NCBI RefSeq assembly: GCF_902713615.1
Contig: NW_024056018.1
Span: 1 to 62,178 of the forward strand
Source: Scyliorhinus canicula
Lineage: Eukaryota
DNA length: 62,178 nt
Direction: 5' to 3'
The first letter of the stretch is position 1. The number at the start of each line of letters is the position of its first letter. A model generated the notes under the pieces. That model was not told where the DNA came from. It worked only from the letters and a program-made list of their open reading frames with translations, and did not search any database. Positions 60,331-62,178 of the stretch are shown here, piece by piece. Position numbers and translations under genes: made by a program.

Positions 60331-61559
60331 AGGTTGTCGGCTGCTCCTCATTTCAAGGATGACATCTACTCAGTCATGTGTTTCTCTTGTGGTCTATCTG
60401 CGATTAGAGAAGGTGTGTCTCAACCCACAAATCTTTGGCAGAGATCCCTCTCTGCCTCTTCATTGAGGCGTTGGAAATCAAAAGTAATAATAATAATAAT
60501 CTTTGTTATTGTCACAAGTAGGCTTACATTATCACTGCAATGAGGTTACTGCGAATATGCCCTAGTCGCCATACTCCGGCGCCTGCTCGGGTGAATTTAG
60601 AATGACCTATTTACCTAACAAGCTAGTCTTTCAGGGAGAATGAGCAGACTGCACAGACAGTAACCCAAGCAGGAATCAAACCTGGGAAGCTGGCGCTGTG
60701 AAGCAACAGTGCTAACCACTGTGCTACCATGCCATCAAAATGATGCAGTTTGATTGGCACGCTGTCACGATAGTGACTGATTGGCAGCATACTCTTGCCA
60801 GTCATTATGGTCAATGCTTATTACATAAGTAGGGAATGAACAGCAGTGGAGTAAATTCAGAGACAGAGAAGGCAGCACCCTTTCAGCATTGTTTCTCCAG
60901 AGTTATTAAAGCTTCGATTGTCTCACATGAAAGAAACACAGGTTCAGGTGCTGATGGAGATCCTAGTGCATCCTCAGCCACCAACAGTAATTCTATATAA
61001 AATCGAGGACTTGAAATATGTGAAGATGTGATTGATAAGGTTGCAGATGGAAAATCATTGGTGTGGCAACTAGCGAGGACAAAATCCTTAGATTAGGGGA
61101 TGATACAGATGGGCTAGTCGTGTGCAGAACAGTGGCAAATGGAATTTAACGAGGAAAAGTGGTAGCACTTGTCCAGAGTCAGTGCAGACATGATGTGCCG
61201 AGTGACTTCCACCTGTACTGGATCATTCTAGAAAACACTGAACCTTCAGTATCACGAGCAAAAGAGAAGATGGAGGATTTACTGATTCTGCGATGCAACT
61301 CAGCAAGAGTTTGCGTCTTCTGGGGAAGAGAGAGGAAGGACCCATTGGGGTCTGAATTGTTCCAAGGGAGAGCAGCATTCAATCATTTTGACATCGACAA
61401 TCATTTGCGAGAGTATTTTGATCCCTCGGTAATCAAGTTATTTTGTATTTACTGTTTACAGTTTCAATGGTGCGGGTATTACCCGTCATTCCATGCGGCT
61501 GTGAATGTGCCCTATTCACTCCACAGGAGCACAGTGCGCAGACGCAATACTGGGCTGTA

Positions 61560-61900
61560 TCTGGAGCATGCGCAGTGTCACTTTACTGGGAGGTTTGCGA
61601 GTGCAGGAGCGGCTGTTTGGGGCGGTGAGAGTCGGTGAGGCGGAGGGAGGAATGGAGCCGGGAGTCGGGGTGGGGAGGGAGTGAAGGCTTCATAAACACC
61701 CCCTGCTGCTCACAAGGCCGGAATAAGACCCTGCAAATCCCGAGTTTGCAGCTGCGGAGCTTTTATCCGGTATCAGGCCCAGTTTCCCGGCCGCCATCTT
61801 TGTTTAGCGGAGCGGCTGAGGAGCCATCTCGATGACGTAACAGAGGCGGTGCTTCAGCATCCCGGTGACCAGGAGAGAAAATCATTGTGTCGATGATTGA
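61560..61900. promoter_or_regulatory. CpG-rich promoter-like region of an unidentified gene
   Basis: GCATGCGC, GCCGCCATCTT and raised CpG density. Confidence 0.45.
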
Positions 61901-62178
61901 CAGGCCCCTCCAGAGGGGAAAGGTGCTGCTGCCATGTGTGTGTGGCAATCCGAAGAACAGAAGAATAATAACATCAGAATTAGCAGCAGGGACTGGCCAT
62001 GCGGCCTATTGACCCTGCTCTGCCATTCAATAAAGGCATGGCTGATCCGAATGTGCCCTTAATTACATTTTCCTGCCTTCCCCCAGAAACCTTTGACTCC
62101 CCCGTAGATTAAAAAAAGACTAAATTAGCTTTGAGTATATTCAGTGACCCAGTGCCACTACTCTCTGGGAAAGAGAAT

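Overview
Vertebrate genomic DNA, most likely from a cartilaginous fish (catshark-like). That assignment is inferred from the SINE, CR1 and L1 repeat types and the TCR V sequences, not from a database search. The window is a C2H2 zinc-finger (ZNF) gene cluster with two intact-looking genes, two pseudogenes and several relics, densely filled with retroelements: three decayed L1-clade LINEs, a deleted Gmr1-like Gypsy element, a solo LTR, CR1/L2/RTE/Penelope fragments, many SINEs and two MITE types. Between about 41 and 47.6 kb, and bracketed by a ~1 kb direct duplication, lies a block of different character. It holds a decaying tRNA cluster (Arg-ACG, Val relics, and a tRNA-Pro(UGG) with an 18-nt intron at the canonical 37/38 position), followed by three T-cell receptor alpha/delta-type V segments on the minus strand. 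Two V segments are intact with 23-bp-spacer RSSs and one is a pseudogene. Most short ORFs in the supplied track are shadows of repeats. Frameshifts inside long G/C homopolymers may be sequencing errors. Repeat boundaries are approximate unless a target-site duplication (TSD) is given.
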